DNA of 45,400 bases, taken from positions 1-45,400 of the forward strand of contig CAMFSN010000001.1 in assembly GCA_945983015.1 (NCBI GenBank), given 5' to 3'. Position 1 is the stretch's first letter, and the number at the start of each line of letters is the position of its first letter. Positions 1-9,862 of this stretch are shown here, piece by piece. The notes beneath the pieces were generated by a model. That model saw only the letters and a list, made by a program, of their open reading frames with translations, was not told the origin of the DNA and did not search any database. Source of the DNA: an uncultured Bacteroidales bacterium (GTDB taxonomy: Bacteria > Bacteroidota > Bacteroidia > Bacteroidales > UBA932). A program made the position numbers and the translations under genes.

Positions 1-1435
1 GCTGATTGAACTCCTTCGCCTTAAAGCTGATCTTGTTCTGGAAAGAGGTGTTGTAGCCGAAGGAGATTTTCTCCCAAGGCTTTTCCTTACCCACCCTGTT
101 TTTCTGTTTGAAAGGATAAAAAGTGCTGACACTTAGGCTGATGTTAGGCAGTGTAAAGGTATAGGAACTGTCCCTGGAGTTCTGATTGTGCAGCATATTG
201 ACGGAGAGGTTCACCTTTCCGTTCCAGTTCTTCGAATAAGATATGGAGGAAGATATCTGGTTCTGCAGGGCTTCATCCACCGAGTGGGAGTTATAGCGGC
301 TGTTCGAAGGGCTGGAGAAGTTCACCGATGCACTGAAACTGGTTCCAGGTCTGGCCTTGGAATCCTGAGAATGGCTCCACTTGACTCCGAAGTTACTGGT
401 GGAGAAAAAGTCCGGAGCTCCCTTCTCTCCTGTCTGGTCGTAGGAGTAGGTGAGGGATAGGTTTCCGGTGCATTTGTAATTGATTTTATATCTGGAGTTT
501 ACGTCCAGGGCCCAGGAACCCAGGGTGTAGTAGTCTCCCGTGACCGAGAGGTCCAGGTAATCCCCGAAGACAAAGTACATACCCGCATCCCTCATATAGA
601 ATCCGCGGGCGGTCTCCTCTCCGAAACTTGGCATAAGCAGGCCCGTGGCCCTTTCCGGTTTTTTAGGGATGAAGCCGAAAGGAATGGCTAGAAAGGGGAT
701 ATGCACGTCAGCTATCACCAGGTGGGCCGGACCGAAAACCGTCTTTCTCGTAGGCTTGGTAACTACCTTTGCCACTGAGAGTTCCATCCAGTAATGCGGG
801 TGTTCCAGGTCACAAACGGTGTATTTTCCGTGCTCCACATTCATACTCTTGTCCGGCATTATCTTCACGTGTTCTCCGTGAAGCAGACCTTCGTCTTCCT
901 GAGTCAGGGCTTTCTTGATGCTGACTTTCTGGCTGTTGAAATTATACCTTAGTTCGTGCATCTTATAGGACTGCTTGCCCTGGGTCATCACCGGAAGTCC
1001 CTTCCATTCTCCCGTTAAGGTATCCAGCACACCTCTGGCATAGACTATTCCGGTATTCATATCATAGTCCATCCTCTCCGCGGTCAGGGTCATATCCTGA
1101 TATTTGACCGTAACGTCTCCATAGTAGTATATCATCCTTTTGCCATCGCTAAAGACTTCCACTATGGAATCTCTGGCATTGGAGAAGGCCGGCTGCTTGA
1201 GGGAACTGTTATTTAACTGGTTCAGGGAATCTGCGCGGAATAGGGAATCGGCCCTGGCCAGGCTGTCCTTTCTAGCCAGCAGCGCCGAATCCGGAGCTGC
1301 TGCTTCCTTCTTTGGCCTAGCCCCTCCTGCAAGCGGGCTGACTCCACGCCTGGGCCTTTGCGCGAAAAGCTCCGTGCAGCATAGAAGACAGAGAAGTGTC
1401 AGAAAGACTCCGTATATATATCTGTGTTTGCGCAA
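1..1435 (-). CDS. lptD: Putative LPS-assembly outer membrane protein LptD (Bacteroidota type), 3' end runs off the window
   Basis: Not in the ORF track because its stop lies outside the window. Manual translation from TTG at 1435 gives MRKHRYIYGVFLTLLCLLCCTELFAQ (signal peptide), then YYYGDVTVKYQDMTLTAERMDYD, GKYTVCDLEHPHY, IPFGFIP and MPSFGEETARGFYMRDAG, and the same frame is open at the window edge (FQNKISFKAKEFNQ). It is divergent from the amidase, as usual in Bacteroidota. Confidence 0.85.
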   Translation of the reverse strand, partial: MRKHRYIYGVFLTLLCLLCCTELFAQRPRRGVSPLAGGARPKKEAAAPDSALLARKDSLARADSLFRADSLNQLNNSSLKQPAFSNARDSIVEVFSDGKRMIYYYGDVTVKYQDMTLTAERMDYDMNTGIVYARGVLDTLTGEWKGLPVMTQGKQSYKMHELRYNFNSQKVSIKKALTQEDEGLLHGEHVKIMPDKSMNVEHGKYTVCDLEHPHYWMELSVAKVVTKPTRKTVFGPAHLVIADVHIPFLAIPFGFIPKKPERATGLLMPSFGEETARGFYMRDAGMYFVFGDYLDLSVTGDYYTLGSWALDVNSRYKINYKCTGNLSLTYSYDQTGEKGAPDFFSTSNFGVKWSHSQDSKARPGTSFSASVNFSSPSNSRYNSHSVDEALQNQISSSISYSKNWNGKVNLSVNMLHNQNSRDSSYTFTLPNISLSVSTFYPFKQKNRVGKEKPWEKISFGYNTSFQNKISFKAKEFNQ

Positions 1436-1442
1436 TTTTTCC

Positions 1443-1466
1443 TAAATTTGCAATCTCGCAAAGATA
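1443..1466. promoter_or_regulatory. Overlapping divergent Bacteroidota sigma-A -7 elements (amidase on +, lptD on -)
   Basis: TAAATTTG at 1443-1450 (+) and TATCTTTG at 1466-1459 (-) both match TAnnTTTG. A CTTG (-33-like) lies 20 nt upstream of the minus-strand element. Confidence 0.7.
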
Positions 1467-1490
1467 AAACATTATTCCAAGTTTCCCAAG

Positions 1491-2546
1491 ATGAAACGCA
1501 TCGCAGTCCTTTTATTTTCGCTTTTTCTGCTGCTTCCGAGAGCTTTTGCCTCGAATGATCTCTCTCTTAAGACAGTGGTCTTGGATCCCGGGCACGGGGG
1601 AAAGGACCCAGGGGCAGTAAGTAAAGACGGCAAGACTTTCGAGAAGACTTTTACTCTGGACATAGCTCTAAGGCTTGAAAAACTCATCAAGCAGGCTCAT
1701 CCTGAAGTGACGGTCATACTGACCAGAAGGGATGACCGCTTCATCTCCCTGGACGAAAGGGCCCAGATAGCTAACCGTAACGATGCCGACCTCTTCATCT
1801 CCATTCATATCAATTCTGCGTATTCCCCAAAGTCTTCCGGCTTTTCCACCCACGTTCTGGGACAATCTTCCCAGAAGAACCGCGATCTTTATAAGGCCAA
1901 CCTCGAACTCGTGAAGCGTGAAAACTCCGTGGTTCTGCTCGACGAGAGCTACAATGCCCAGCAGAGCAGTTTCGATCCTGACGATCCGAGTTCCTACATT
2001 TTTATGACTATGATGCAGAGTGCTCATTTGGAACAGAGCATTGAGTTTGCGCAGCAGATTAATTCCCGGCTTAAGGGCGGGCCAATTTCCGTGAACCGCG
2101 GAGTGAGCCAGGACCCCTTCTATGTACTCTGGAAGACCACTATGCCAGCGGTGCTCGTGGAGCTTGGCTTTATCTCCAATCCGGAGGATCTCGCCAAACT
2201 CAAAAAGGGCGCTGAAAGGGAAGAATTGGCCAAAAGACTCTTGAATGCCTTTGAGGAGTATAAGAAGGCTTATGACGGCAGCGTCTCTATTGATGCTAAA
2301 CTTGATTCTAAGGCGCAAGTATCTGATAATAAGCCCCTTTATGGTATTCAGATTTTCTCTTTGAAAAGCCTTCTTCCCGATAATGACAGCCGTATTCTCG
2401 GCTACAAGCCCTATGTGAAAAAGTCGGGCAAGTACTATAAATATGTAATATCTCTTTCTGATTCCCCTGAGGATGTAAAGAAGAATTTGCCTGAGATTAA
2501 GAAAAAATATCCGGATGCATTTTTGGTGAAAATTGAAGCCGAATGA
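1491..2546 (+). CDS. N-acetylmuramoyl-L-alanine amidase (Amidase_3, AmiA/AmiC-like) with a C-terminal SPOR-like region
   Basis: Signal peptide; motifs VVLDPGHGGKDPGA, ADLFISIHIN and PAVLVELGFISN; C-terminal KKKYPDAFLV. Confidence 0.93.
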   Translation: MKRIAVLLFSLFLLLPRAFASNDLSLKTVVLDPGHGGKDPGAVSKDGKTFEKTFTLDIALRLEKLIKQAHPEVTVILTRRDDRFISLDERAQIANRNDADLFISIHINSAYSPKSSGFSTHVLGQSSQKNRDLYKANLELVKRENSVVLLDESYNAQQSSFDPDDPSSYIFMTMMQSAHLEQSIEFAQQINSRLKGGPISVNRGVSQDPFYVLWKTTMPAVLVELGFISNPEDLAKLKKGAEREELAKRLLNAFEEYKKAYDGSVSIDAKLDSKAQVSDNKPLYGIQIFSLKSLLPDNDSRILGYKPYVKKSGKYYKYVISLSDSPEDVKKNLPEIKKKYPDAFLVKIEAE

Positions 2547-2640
2547 GGTTTATAAATAAATTTCATTTATGCAATAGGAAATATATTTTTTTATAATCTT
2601 TTTTTGCCTCACCTTTGCCTTCCCCAATCAAAGAAGTATA

Positions 2641-4065
2641 ATGCAAGATACGTCAAGACACATAGATGTCTGGGAGGATTGTCTGCGCATAATTCAGAAT
2701 AATATCCTTCCGCAGCAGTACGAGACCTGGTTTAAACCTATCAGGTCCGTGAGTCTTTGTGATGACGTTCTGGTATTGGAGGTACCTACTTCTTTCTATT
2801 GCACCTACCTGGAGCAGAATTTCCTGGATCTTATCTCCCGTACATTGAAAAGGGTGATAGGTCCGAATGCCAAGCTCAGATATATGGTGGCTCCGGTGCA
2901 GGGGCAGTCTTCAGTCCTCATAGACGGGGCAGCAGGTCCTGTGGCTACGAACAAGTCCATCTCCCTTAACACCGTTAAGGCCGCCGGCTCTAACGGCACT
3001 ATGGTTTTGCCGGGACTAAAGAAACTCCAGATAGACCCTAGGCTCAGTCCTGACTACAGGTTCAGTACTATGGTGGAAGGCGAGTGTAATAAGATAGGTA
3101 TCCTTACCGGAAAGGAGATTGCCCTTAAGCCTGGCCAGACTCCTTTTAACCCTCTCTTTATCTTCGGTGGCTGCGGACTTGGAAAGACTCATCTCTCCCA
3201 GGCCATTGGTAATGCCATCAAGGAGAAGTATCCTGAGAGCATAGTCTTCTATGTGACCGGTACTGAATTCAAGACCAAGTATATGGATGCCACCCAGAAG
3301 AATGTCCTCACGGATTTCCTCTCTTTCTTTATGAAGATAGACGTGCTGATCGTGGACGACATTCAGGATATGAGGGGACAGGGTAACCAGAGCGCTTTCT
3401 TCAGTATCTTTAATCATCTTCACCTGAACGGCAAGCAGCTTATCCTCACCTCTGACAGACCTGCTAAGGAACTTGAGAATTTCGAGGAGAGACTTCTGTC
3501 CAGATTCAAATGGGGACTTTCCGTAGAGCTGAAGGCTCCGGACTATAATACCCGTCTGAGTATGCTTCAATCCAAGTGTCACAGAGAGGGACTGATTATC
3601 CCTGACGAGGTGCTCAGGTACATAGCTATGAATGTGAAGAGTAATTTCCGTGAATTGGAAGGGGCTTTGGTATCCCTTATGGCTTACTCCACCTTTACTC
3701 ACGAGGATTGCTCCATCGAGATGGCGGCTAAGATACTGGATAAGATAGTCAGCGAGCAGAAGAGTGACCTCACCATAGAGAAAGTTCAAAGTGTGGTGTG
3801 TGAGTATTTCCACATCGCCCAGGATGATCTGGTGTCTCATTCCCGCAAGCGTCAGCTCGTTCAGGCGCGTCAGATTTCGATGTTCCTCTGCAGAAATCTC
3901 ATTCCTAATTGTTCGCTTTCAGTAATCGGAGCGAAAACTGGAGGAAAAGATCACTCTACTGTACTACATTCTTGTAATACGGTATGCGATTTGATGAGTA
4001 CAGACAGGATGTTCAAGACTTATGTTCAAGATCTCGAAGGTATCCTGCAAGCTGATAGACATTAA
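2641..4065 (+). CDS. dnaA: Chromosomal replication initiator DnaA
   Basis: Domain I YETWFKPI, FNPLFIFGGCGLGKTHL Walker A, VDDIQ Walker B, RLLSRF, RELEGAL, and domain IV KDHSTVLH. Confidence 0.98.
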   Translation: MQDTSRHIDVWEDCLRIIQNNILPQQYETWFKPIRSVSLCDDVLVLEVPTSFYCTYLEQNFLDLISRTLKRVIGPNAKLRYMVAPVQGQSSVLIDGAAGPVATNKSISLNTVKAAGSNGTMVLPGLKKLQIDPRLSPDYRFSTMVEGECNKIGILTGKEIALKPGQTPFNPLFIFGGCGLGKTHLSQAIGNAIKEKYPESIVFYVTGTEFKTKYMDATQKNVLTDFLSFFMKIDVLIVDDIQDMRGQGNQSAFFSIFNHLHLNGKQLILTSDRPAKELENFEERLLSRFKWGLSVELKAPDYNTRLSMLQSKCHREGLIIPDEVLRYIAMNVKSNFRELEGALVSLMAYSTFTHEDCSIEMAAKILDKIVSEQKSDLTIEKVQSVVCEYFHIAQDDLVSHSRKRQLVQARQISMFLCRNLIPNCSLSVIGAKTGGKDHSTVLHSCNTVCDLMSTDRMFKTYVQDLEGILQADRH

Positions 4066-4076
4066 AATTCATATAT

Positions 4077-5507
4077 ATGATAGAGAAAAGGATCCTTGAA
4101 ATCTTCAAGGAAATTACTTGTATTCCTCGCGAGTCCGGTCACGAGGAGGCGATGACCGCATATCTGCTGGATTGGGCAGAGAAAAGAGGATTGGCCGCGA
4201 AAAGAGATGAGATAGGTAATGTTTGCATTACAAGGGAGGCTGCTCCCGGAAAGGAAAATGTGCCGACTTTGGTTCTGCAGTCGCATCAGGATATGGTCTG
4301 TGAGAAGAACGAAGGGGTGCAGCACGACTTTACGAAGGACCCTATTCGCTACCTGGAGCAGGACGGCTGGCTTATAGCTCCGGACACTACCCTGGGAGCT
4401 GACGACGGCATAGGGATTGCCGCTAGTCTGGCATTGCTGGAAAGTGAATTGGCCTTGCCTAAGCTGGAGTGCATCTTCACTATCTCCGAAGAGACGGGAA
4501 TGGATGGCGCTGAGGCGATGCAGGAGGGCTTTTTCACGGGAAAGACCCTGATTAACCTGGATTCCGAGGACGAGGGGCAGATGTTTATAGGCTGCGCTGG
4601 CGGAGTTACTACCGAGGCGGTATATCACTTTGACAATGAGGAGATTCGGGAAGGGTATAGCAGGCTTAAACTAAGCATTTCCGGAGCTCTGGGAGGGCAT
4701 AGTGGAGATGATATAAACAAGGGCCGCGCGAATACCGTGCTGCTGATGCTGCGTTTCCTCTACAGGGTTCGAGATAGCATTCAGCTTATCAAGATCAATG
4801 GTGGTGGCAAGCATAACGCCATAGCCAGGGAGTGTGTGGCCGCAGTAGCCACGAAGGATGTGGAGGCTCTCAAGGCGGAGTTCGAGGCTTTCGGGGAGGC
4901 TGTCAAAAAGGAATTCAGACAAAGCGACCCCGGACTTGTCTTCGAAAGCAAGCAGCCTTGTCATCCTTGTGCCCACAAGCCTATGGCTTCCCATCAAGCC
5001 TGCCGTATTATAGCTTCGCTTCTGGCCTGCCCTCACGGGGTGATCTCAATGAGTCAGGATATTAAGGATTTCGTGGAGACCTCTACCAATTTGGCCTCAG
5101 TCAAGACTGATTTCGAGAGCAATACTATCCTGGTATGTACGAGTCAGAGGAGCAGCACTGATTCAGAGTGTGATTTTATCGCGGATAAGGTTGAAGCTGC
5201 GCTTAGTCTGGGTGGCGCTGAGGTGAAACATATGAATCGTTATCCTGGCTGGAGGCCGAATGTGGATTCGGACATACTCAGACAGTGTGTGGCTTCATAC
5301 AAGAAGCTTTTCGGGCAGGAGCCTCTGGTGCTCGCCATTCACGCCGGTTTGGAATGTGGTTTGTTTCTGGAGAAATTCCCTGGCTTGGATATGATATCTT
5401 TCGGGCCAACCCTCAGGGGAGTTCACGCTCCCGGAGAGAAACTGGACCTGCTTAGCCTGGAGAAATTTGCCCGTCATCTGGAAGATGTAGTGCTTAATTT
5501 TAAATGA
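4077..5507 (+). CDS. pepD: Aminoacyl-histidine dipeptidase (M20C, PepD)
   Basis: IPRESGHE, LQSHQDMVCEK, TTLGADDG, EETGMDGA, NLDSEDEG, GGHSG and IHAGLECG. Confidence 0.95.
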   Translation: MIEKRILEIFKEITCIPRESGHEEAMTAYLLDWAEKRGLAAKRDEIGNVCITREAAPGKENVPTLVLQSHQDMVCEKNEGVQHDFTKDPIRYLEQDGWLIAPDTTLGADDGIGIAASLALLESELALPKLECIFTISEETGMDGAEAMQEGFFTGKTLINLDSEDEGQMFIGCAGGVTTEAVYHFDNEEIREGYSRLKLSISGALGGHSGDDINKGRANTVLLMLRFLYRVRDSIQLIKINGGGKHNAIARECVAAVATKDVEALKAEFEAFGEAVKKEFRQSDPGLVFESKQPCHPCAHKPMASHQACRIIASLLACPHGVISMSQDIKDFVETSTNLASVKTDFESNTILVCTSQRSSTDSECDFIADKVEAALSLGGAEVKHMNRYPGWRPNVDSDILRQCVASYKKLFGQEPLVLAIHAGLECGLFLEKFPGLDMISFGPTLRGVHAPGEKLDLLSLEKFARHLEDVVLNFK

Positions 5508-5508
5508 T

Positions 5509-6153
5509 ATGAAAGTCGCCCCTTCTATTCTGACTGCCGATTTCCTGCATTTGGAAAAGGATGTTAAGATGATAGATTCCTGCGCGGACTATCTTCATCT
5601 GGATATTATGGATGGTACGCTGGTGCCTAACATTTCCTTCGGTTTTCCGGTGGTGGAGGCCGTCAGCAATGCTGTCAGCATACCTTTGGATGCCCATCTT
5701 ATGGTGGTGAATCCTCAAAAATGGTTCTCCCGACTTGCTGAACTTGGAGTGGATATGCTAAGTTTCCACCTGGAAGCTACAGGCTGGAAGACCTCCTCAG
5801 CTATCAGGGCTGCTAAAAAACTGGGAATGAAAGTGGGTTTGGCCATCAATCCTGACGTTCCGGTCGAGAAACTCTTCAAGTACATAGGAAAAGTGGACTT
5901 CTTTCTGATTATGTCAGTGTTCGCCGGTTTCGGGGGGCAGAAGTTTATCTATGAGACCATAGACAGGGTGAGCAAGCTCCGCGCTGAAATAGTCCGAAAA
6001 GGGGCCTCGACCCTCATAGAAGTGGATGGGGGAGTGGATAGCACTAATGTCGGGACTCTGGCTCGCTCCGGAGTGGACATAGTGGTGGCCGGCAGCGCAG
6101 TGCTCTCTTCACCTGACCCGATAGCTACAGTTCGAGCCCTTCAGGCAGCCTGA
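5509..6153 (+). CDS. rpe: Ribulose-phosphate 3-epimerase
   Basis: APSILTADF, HLDIMDG..VPNISFG, DAHLMV, MSVFAGFGGQKF and EVDGGV. Confidence 0.97.
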   Translation: MKVAPSILTADFLHLEKDVKMIDSCADYLHLDIMDGTLVPNISFGFPVVEAVSNAVSIPLDAHLMVVNPQKWFSRLAELGVDMLSFHLEATGWKTSSAIRAAKKLGMKVGLAINPDVPVEKLFKYIGKVDFFLIMSVFAGFGGQKFIYETIDRVSKLRAEIVRKGASTLIEVDGGVDSTNVGTLARSGVDIVVAGSAVLSSPDPIATVRALQAA

Positions 6154-6730
6154 AAACATTGGCCTTGAATTCTTTACAGAGATAGTTTTTGCCGTCTTCG
6201 CTATCCAACATCTGTGCGTGGCGGCAAAATTCTTTATGGAATTCTGCCAATTCTGCCTTGATGTCGTACAGCTTTCCCGTCAGTTCGTGCAGCGACACTG
6301 GGTTAGGGAGTTCTTCAGGCCAGTTTTCCTCATTCAGGTTCAGGCCAATCCCTATGATGGAGCTTTCGACCCACTGGGCGTTCAGAATGTTTTCTATCAG
6401 GATTCCGCATATCTTTTTCTCTCCCACCCAGATGTCGTTAGGCCATTTGATGCGGGCTTCCACGCCTTTATTCTTCAGGTAGCTGAGCAGGGATAGGGTA
6501 GTGATGCGGCTTAGATATAGGGCATCTGCTGCGTTTAGCCGCTCTGGTTTGAAGACTATGCTGAAGGTGAGGTTCTTTCCAGGGCTTGCGTACCAGCTGT
6601 GGTCCCCTTGTCCTCTTCCGGCTCTTTGCTCTACGGTGGCTACCACTGACAGATTGTCATATTCGGATATATGCTCACGGAGCTCTGTATTGGTAGATTT
6701 CAGACTTTTATGCCAAGTTATCTGTGACAT
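6125..6730 (-). CDS. birA: Biotin--[acetyl-CoA-carboxylase] ligase, group I (no HTH), C-terminally short
   Basis: STN, Q.AGRGQGDHSW, IKWPNDI, KICGILIEN and IIGIGLN. Confidence 0.92.
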   Translation of the reverse strand: MSQITWHKSLKSTNTELREHISEYDNLSVVATVEQRAGRGQGDHSWYASPGKNLTFSIVFKPERLNAADALYLSRITTLSLLSYLKNKGVEARIKWPNDIWVGEKKICGILIENILNAQWVESSIIGIGLNLNEENWPEELPNPVSLHELTGKLYDIKAELAEFHKEFCRHAQMLDSEDGKNYLCKEFKANVFRLPEGLEL

Positions 6731-6752
6731 TTTCTTAGTGGTTTAAATTTTG

Positions 6753-6772
6753 TATCTTTGTGTGCAAATATA
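6753..6772. promoter_or_regulatory. Overlapping divergent -7 elements (rsfS-ftsH on +, birA on -)
   Basis: TATCTTTG at 6753-6760 (+) and TATATTTG at 6772-6765 (-), separated by 4 nt. Confidence 0.7.
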
Positions 6773-6787
6773 CATTATTTCTTATAT

Positions 6788-7135
6788 ATGGTAGAACAGG
6801 AAATTAAGGTCATAGCTGACGCCATCCTCGATAAGAAGGGGGAGGATGTCTGCTCTTTGGACCTTCGCAGTGTCGGTACAGCTATTACCGACCATTTTGT
6901 AATATGTAGCGGTACTTCTTCCACTATGGTTTCAGCTATAGCTGACAATATAATAAAGGAGACTAAGGAGAAGTTGGGTATCAAGCCTTTACGTACTCAG
7001 GGACTGGAGAATGCCTTTTGGGTCATTTTGGATTTCGGACATATAGTGGTCCACATTTTCCAGAAGGAGTATAGGGAATTTTACAGATTGGAGGATCTCT
7101 GGGCTGATGCTCCCCGAAAAACTTACAGCGATTAA
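6788..7135 (+). CDS. rsfS: Ribosome silencing factor RsfS (start moved to ATG 6788)
   Basis: DKKGED...DHFVICSG...WVILDFGHIVVHIF...REFYRLEDLWADA. The upstream GTG at 6758 overlaps the promoter. Confidence 0.96.
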   Translation: MVEQEIKVIADAILDKKGEDVCSLDLRSVGTAITDHFVICSGTSSTMVSAIADNIIKETKEKLGIKPLRTQGLENAFWVILDFGHIVVHIFQKEYREFYRLEDLWADAPRKTYSD

Positions 7136-9048
7136 TGAGTAAAAAAAATAAAAAAGTTAAGGTAGTCAGGCTGAATCTGGCCTGGCTATATATTCTTCTG
7201 GTAGGGGGTATCTTTGTGCTGATGTTCAGGGATAATTCCCGCTCGAACCCACAGAAGACTGAATGGGCTAAGGTCCAGGAGATGATATTGGAGGGGGATG
7301 TCAAGGAGGTTAACTTCATCCGTAATGAGTATAAGGGTATGGTTACCCTTAAAAACGAGCGTTTGGAAAAGTATAAGGAGGATTTCGGACAGAAAGTTCC
7401 GTCCCGTTCTCCGCACTATATTTTCCTGGTAAGTGACCATTTCGACGTGGAGAAGGAGTTCTCCACCCTGAATTCTCTTCTGCCATCCGGCTCACAGGTG
7501 AAACTGACTGTATCTCAGAGTAATAACTTCTGGTCTGGAATACTGGAGTGGATTTTCCCCATAGTCCTGCTCATCCTGATGTATGTGATGATGTTCCGTT
7601 CCTTGCGTCCTATGGGAGGCCAGGGAGGTCAGGGAGGCGGTATGAACCCATTCAATGTGGGGAAGGCGCAGGGCAAATTGGCAGACAAGGATAAGGTAAA
7701 TGTCTCTTTCAAGGATGTGGCCGGTCTGTATGGAGCTAAGGAAGAGGTGATGGAGATCGTGGATTTCCTGAAGAACCCGAAGAAATATACCGATTTGGGA
7801 GCCAAGATTCCTAAGGGAGCCCTTCTGGTGGGGCCTCCTGGAAACGGTAAGACCCTTTTGGCAAAGGCTGTGGCTGGCGAGGCCAATGTCCCTTTCTTTT
7901 CTATGAGCGGTTCCGATTTCGTGGAGATGTTTGTGGGAGTAGGTGCCAGCAGGGTTAGGGATCTCTTCGCCCAGGCTAAGGAGAAAGCCCCTTGCATCGT
8001 GTTCATAGATGAGATAGACGCTGTGGGTAGAGCCAGGGGTAAGAATGCCGGATTCTCCGGTAATGATGAGAGGGAGAATACTTTGAATCAGCTTCTTACC
8101 GAGATGGATGGCTTTGGAACTAACAGCGGTGTGATAGTGCTTGCCGCCACTAACCGTGCCGATATCCTGGATAAGGCCCTGATGAGAGCCGGACGCTTCG
8201 ACAGACAGATTCACGTAGATCTGCCGGAACTTAAGGAGAGGGAGGAGATATTCCAGGTGCATATCCGTGGTCTTAAGATAGCTAAGGATTTCGATGTCTC
8301 CTATATGGCTAAACACACTGCCGGTTTCAGCGGAGCTGACATAGCCAATGTCTGCAATGAAGCTGCCCTGGTAGCTGCCCGTAATAATAAGAAGGAAGTC
8401 GAACTTCAGGATTTTCTGGATGCTGTGGATAGGATTGTGGGAGGCTTGGTGAAGAAAGGCTACATACTTTCTGCGGACGAGAAGAAGACCATAGCTCATC
8501 ACGAAGCTGGTCACGCAGTCGTAAGCTGGCTGCTGCCTCACGCTAATCAACTCTTCAAAGTTACCCTTGTACCTAGGGGAAATGCCCTCGGAGCCGCCTG
8601 GTATCTGCCTGATGAGCATAAGATTGAGAAGAAAAGTCAGATGTTGGATGAACTCTGCTCTCTTATCGGAGGAAGGGTGGCTGAGGAGATCCTGAACGGA
8701 GAACCTTCCACAGGGGCTCAGAACGACCTGGAGAGGTTGACCAAGACAGCCTATGCTATGATTCAGTATTATGGTATGTCTGAGAAATTCGGTAATTTCT
8801 CTTACTACGATTCCACCGCTAGCGGATATGATTTCAATAAGCCTTATTCTGAGAAGACGGCTGAACTTTTGGATTCCGAGGCTTCCAAGCTTGTGAAGGA
8901 AGTTCACGATAAGACCCTTAGGATCCTTAAGGAACACGAGCAGCAGTGGAGAGACATTGCTCAAATGCTTTTGGATAAGGAAGTTATTTTCGCAGAGGAT
9001 GTGGAAGCTATTTTAGGCCCTAAGGTTAAAGATGAAGTCCCTGCTTAA
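7135..9048 (+). CDS. ftsH: ATP-dependent zinc metalloprotease FtsH
   Basis: Two N-terminal TM segments, GPPGNGKT Walker A, FIDEID, SRH motif [19 protein letters not shown], and HEAGH. Confidence 0.98.
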   Translation: MSKKNKKVKVVRLNLAWLYILLVGGIFVLMFRDNSRSNPQKTEWAKVQEMILEGDVKEVNFIRNEYKGMVTLKNERLEKYKEDFGQKVPSRSPHYIFLVSDHFDVEKEFSTLNSLLPSGSQVKLTVSQSNNFWSGILEWIFPIVLLILMYVMMFRSLRPMGGQGGQGGGMNPFNVGKAQGKLADKDKVNVSFKDVAGLYGAKEEVMEIVDFLKNPKKYTDLGAKIPKGALLVGPPGNGKTLLAKAVAGEANVPFFSMSGSDFVEMFVGVGASRVRDLFAQAKEKAPCIVFIDEIDAVGRARGKNAGFSGNDERENTLNQLLTEMDGFGTNSGVIVLAATNRADILDKALMRAGRFDRQIHVDLPELKEREEIFQVHIRGLKIAKDFDVSYMAKHTAGFSGADIANVCNEAALVAARNNKKEVELQDFLDAVDRIVGGLVKKGYILSADEKKTIAHHEAGHAVVSWLLPHANQLFKVTLVPRGNALGAAWYLPDEHKIEKKSQMLDELCSLIGGRVAEEILNGEPSTGAQNDLERLTKTAYAMIQYYGMSEKFGNFSYYDSTASGYDFNKPYSEKTAELLDSEASKLVKEVHDKTLRILKEHEQQWRDIAQMLLDKEVIFAEDVEAILGPKVKDEVPA

Positions 9049-9862
9049 GCGAAGTATATTCGGGCTCTTATATGCCTTGATTGTGGCTGTGGGTCTTTTA
9101 GGCCCGCAGCCTCTCTTTGTCTTCGTCTTTGCCTTCGCCTTGCTCTATACTCTGCACGAATTTTTCAGGATGGCTATGGGCAGGAGCTTGATTCTTTCCC
9201 GAATCCTGCTCTGCATATCGGCCCTGTGGCTCTTTCTGAGTCTGTATCTCTCTCGTATGGGATATTGTATTCCGGCCTGGGCTTATCTGGCTTTTATTCC
9301 TCTTCTCTTAGCCTTCATCGTTCCGGTGTGGACTAAGGAGAAGCCTCAGATGCAGGAGCTTTCTTATGCCTGCGCAGCGCTGCTCTGTGTCGCTTTGCCA
9401 TTGGCCTTGACTCCTATACTGACAGTCAGGTCTGGAGCATACAGCGGATATTTCCTGCTTTGCATATTCATAATCACGGCGCTCTCGGATGTGGGAGCAT
9501 ATCTGCTGGGAAGTCTGCTGGGGCAGAGGCCGGGAGCGTGGAAATTGGCCCCGAAGATCTCGCCTAAAAAGTCCTGGTGGGGTGTGCTGGGAGGACTGCT
9601 TATGGCTATGTCATCAAGCCTGCTGCTGTCTAAACTGGGCTGGTTAGACTTGGGGGCTATTCATAGCCTCTGTCTTGGTGCCTTGCTTTCTGTGGTAGGG
9701 CTGTTTGGGGATCTTTTGGAGAGTATGTGGAAAAGACATTTCGGAGTCAAGGATTCCGGAAATCTGATTCCCGGCCATGGAGGTCTGTATGACAGGCTGG
9801 ACAGTGTCCTTCCCGCCATACTTGTCTCTATAGTTTACCTTGAGCTTTTTGCTCTTCTTTAA
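9032..9862 (+). CDS. cdsA: Phosphatidate cytidylyltransferase
   Basis: Polytopic membrane protein with ISPKKSW.G and DLLESMWKRHFGVKDSGNLIPGHGGLYDRLDS. Confidence 0.95.
   Translation: MKSLLKRSIFGLLYALIVAVGLLGPQPLFVFVFAFALLYTLHEFFRMAMGRSLILSRILLCISALWLFLSLYLSRMGYCIPAWAYLAFIPLLLAFIVPVWTKEKPQMQELSYACAALLCVALPLALTPILTVRSGAYSGYFLLCIFIITALSDVGAYLLGSLLGQRPGAWKLAPKISPKKSWWGVLGGLLMAMSSSLLLSKLGWLDLGAIHSLCLGALLSVVGLFGDLLESMWKRHFGVKDSGNLIPGHGGLYDRLDSVLPAILVSIVYLELFALL

Noticed and set aside
188-1445. Plus-strand ORFs 188..460 and 1140..1445
   Set aside because: They are antisense to the real lptD frame.
7141-7155. Homopolymer runs (A8 at the ftsH start, T8 in ligA near 17221, T7 in the acyltransferase)
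   Set aside because: They encode Lys-rich stretches in intact frames and are too short to argue for phase variation.
7830-7853. FtsH Walker A GPPGNGKT instead of GPPGTGKT
   Set aside because: The change is at a variable position of GxxxxGKT; all other AAA motifs are intact.
7492-8964. 490-aa antisense ORF opposite ftsH
   Set aside because: Shadow ORF on the strand opposite a highly conserved gene, with no recognisable motifs; explained by codon bias.
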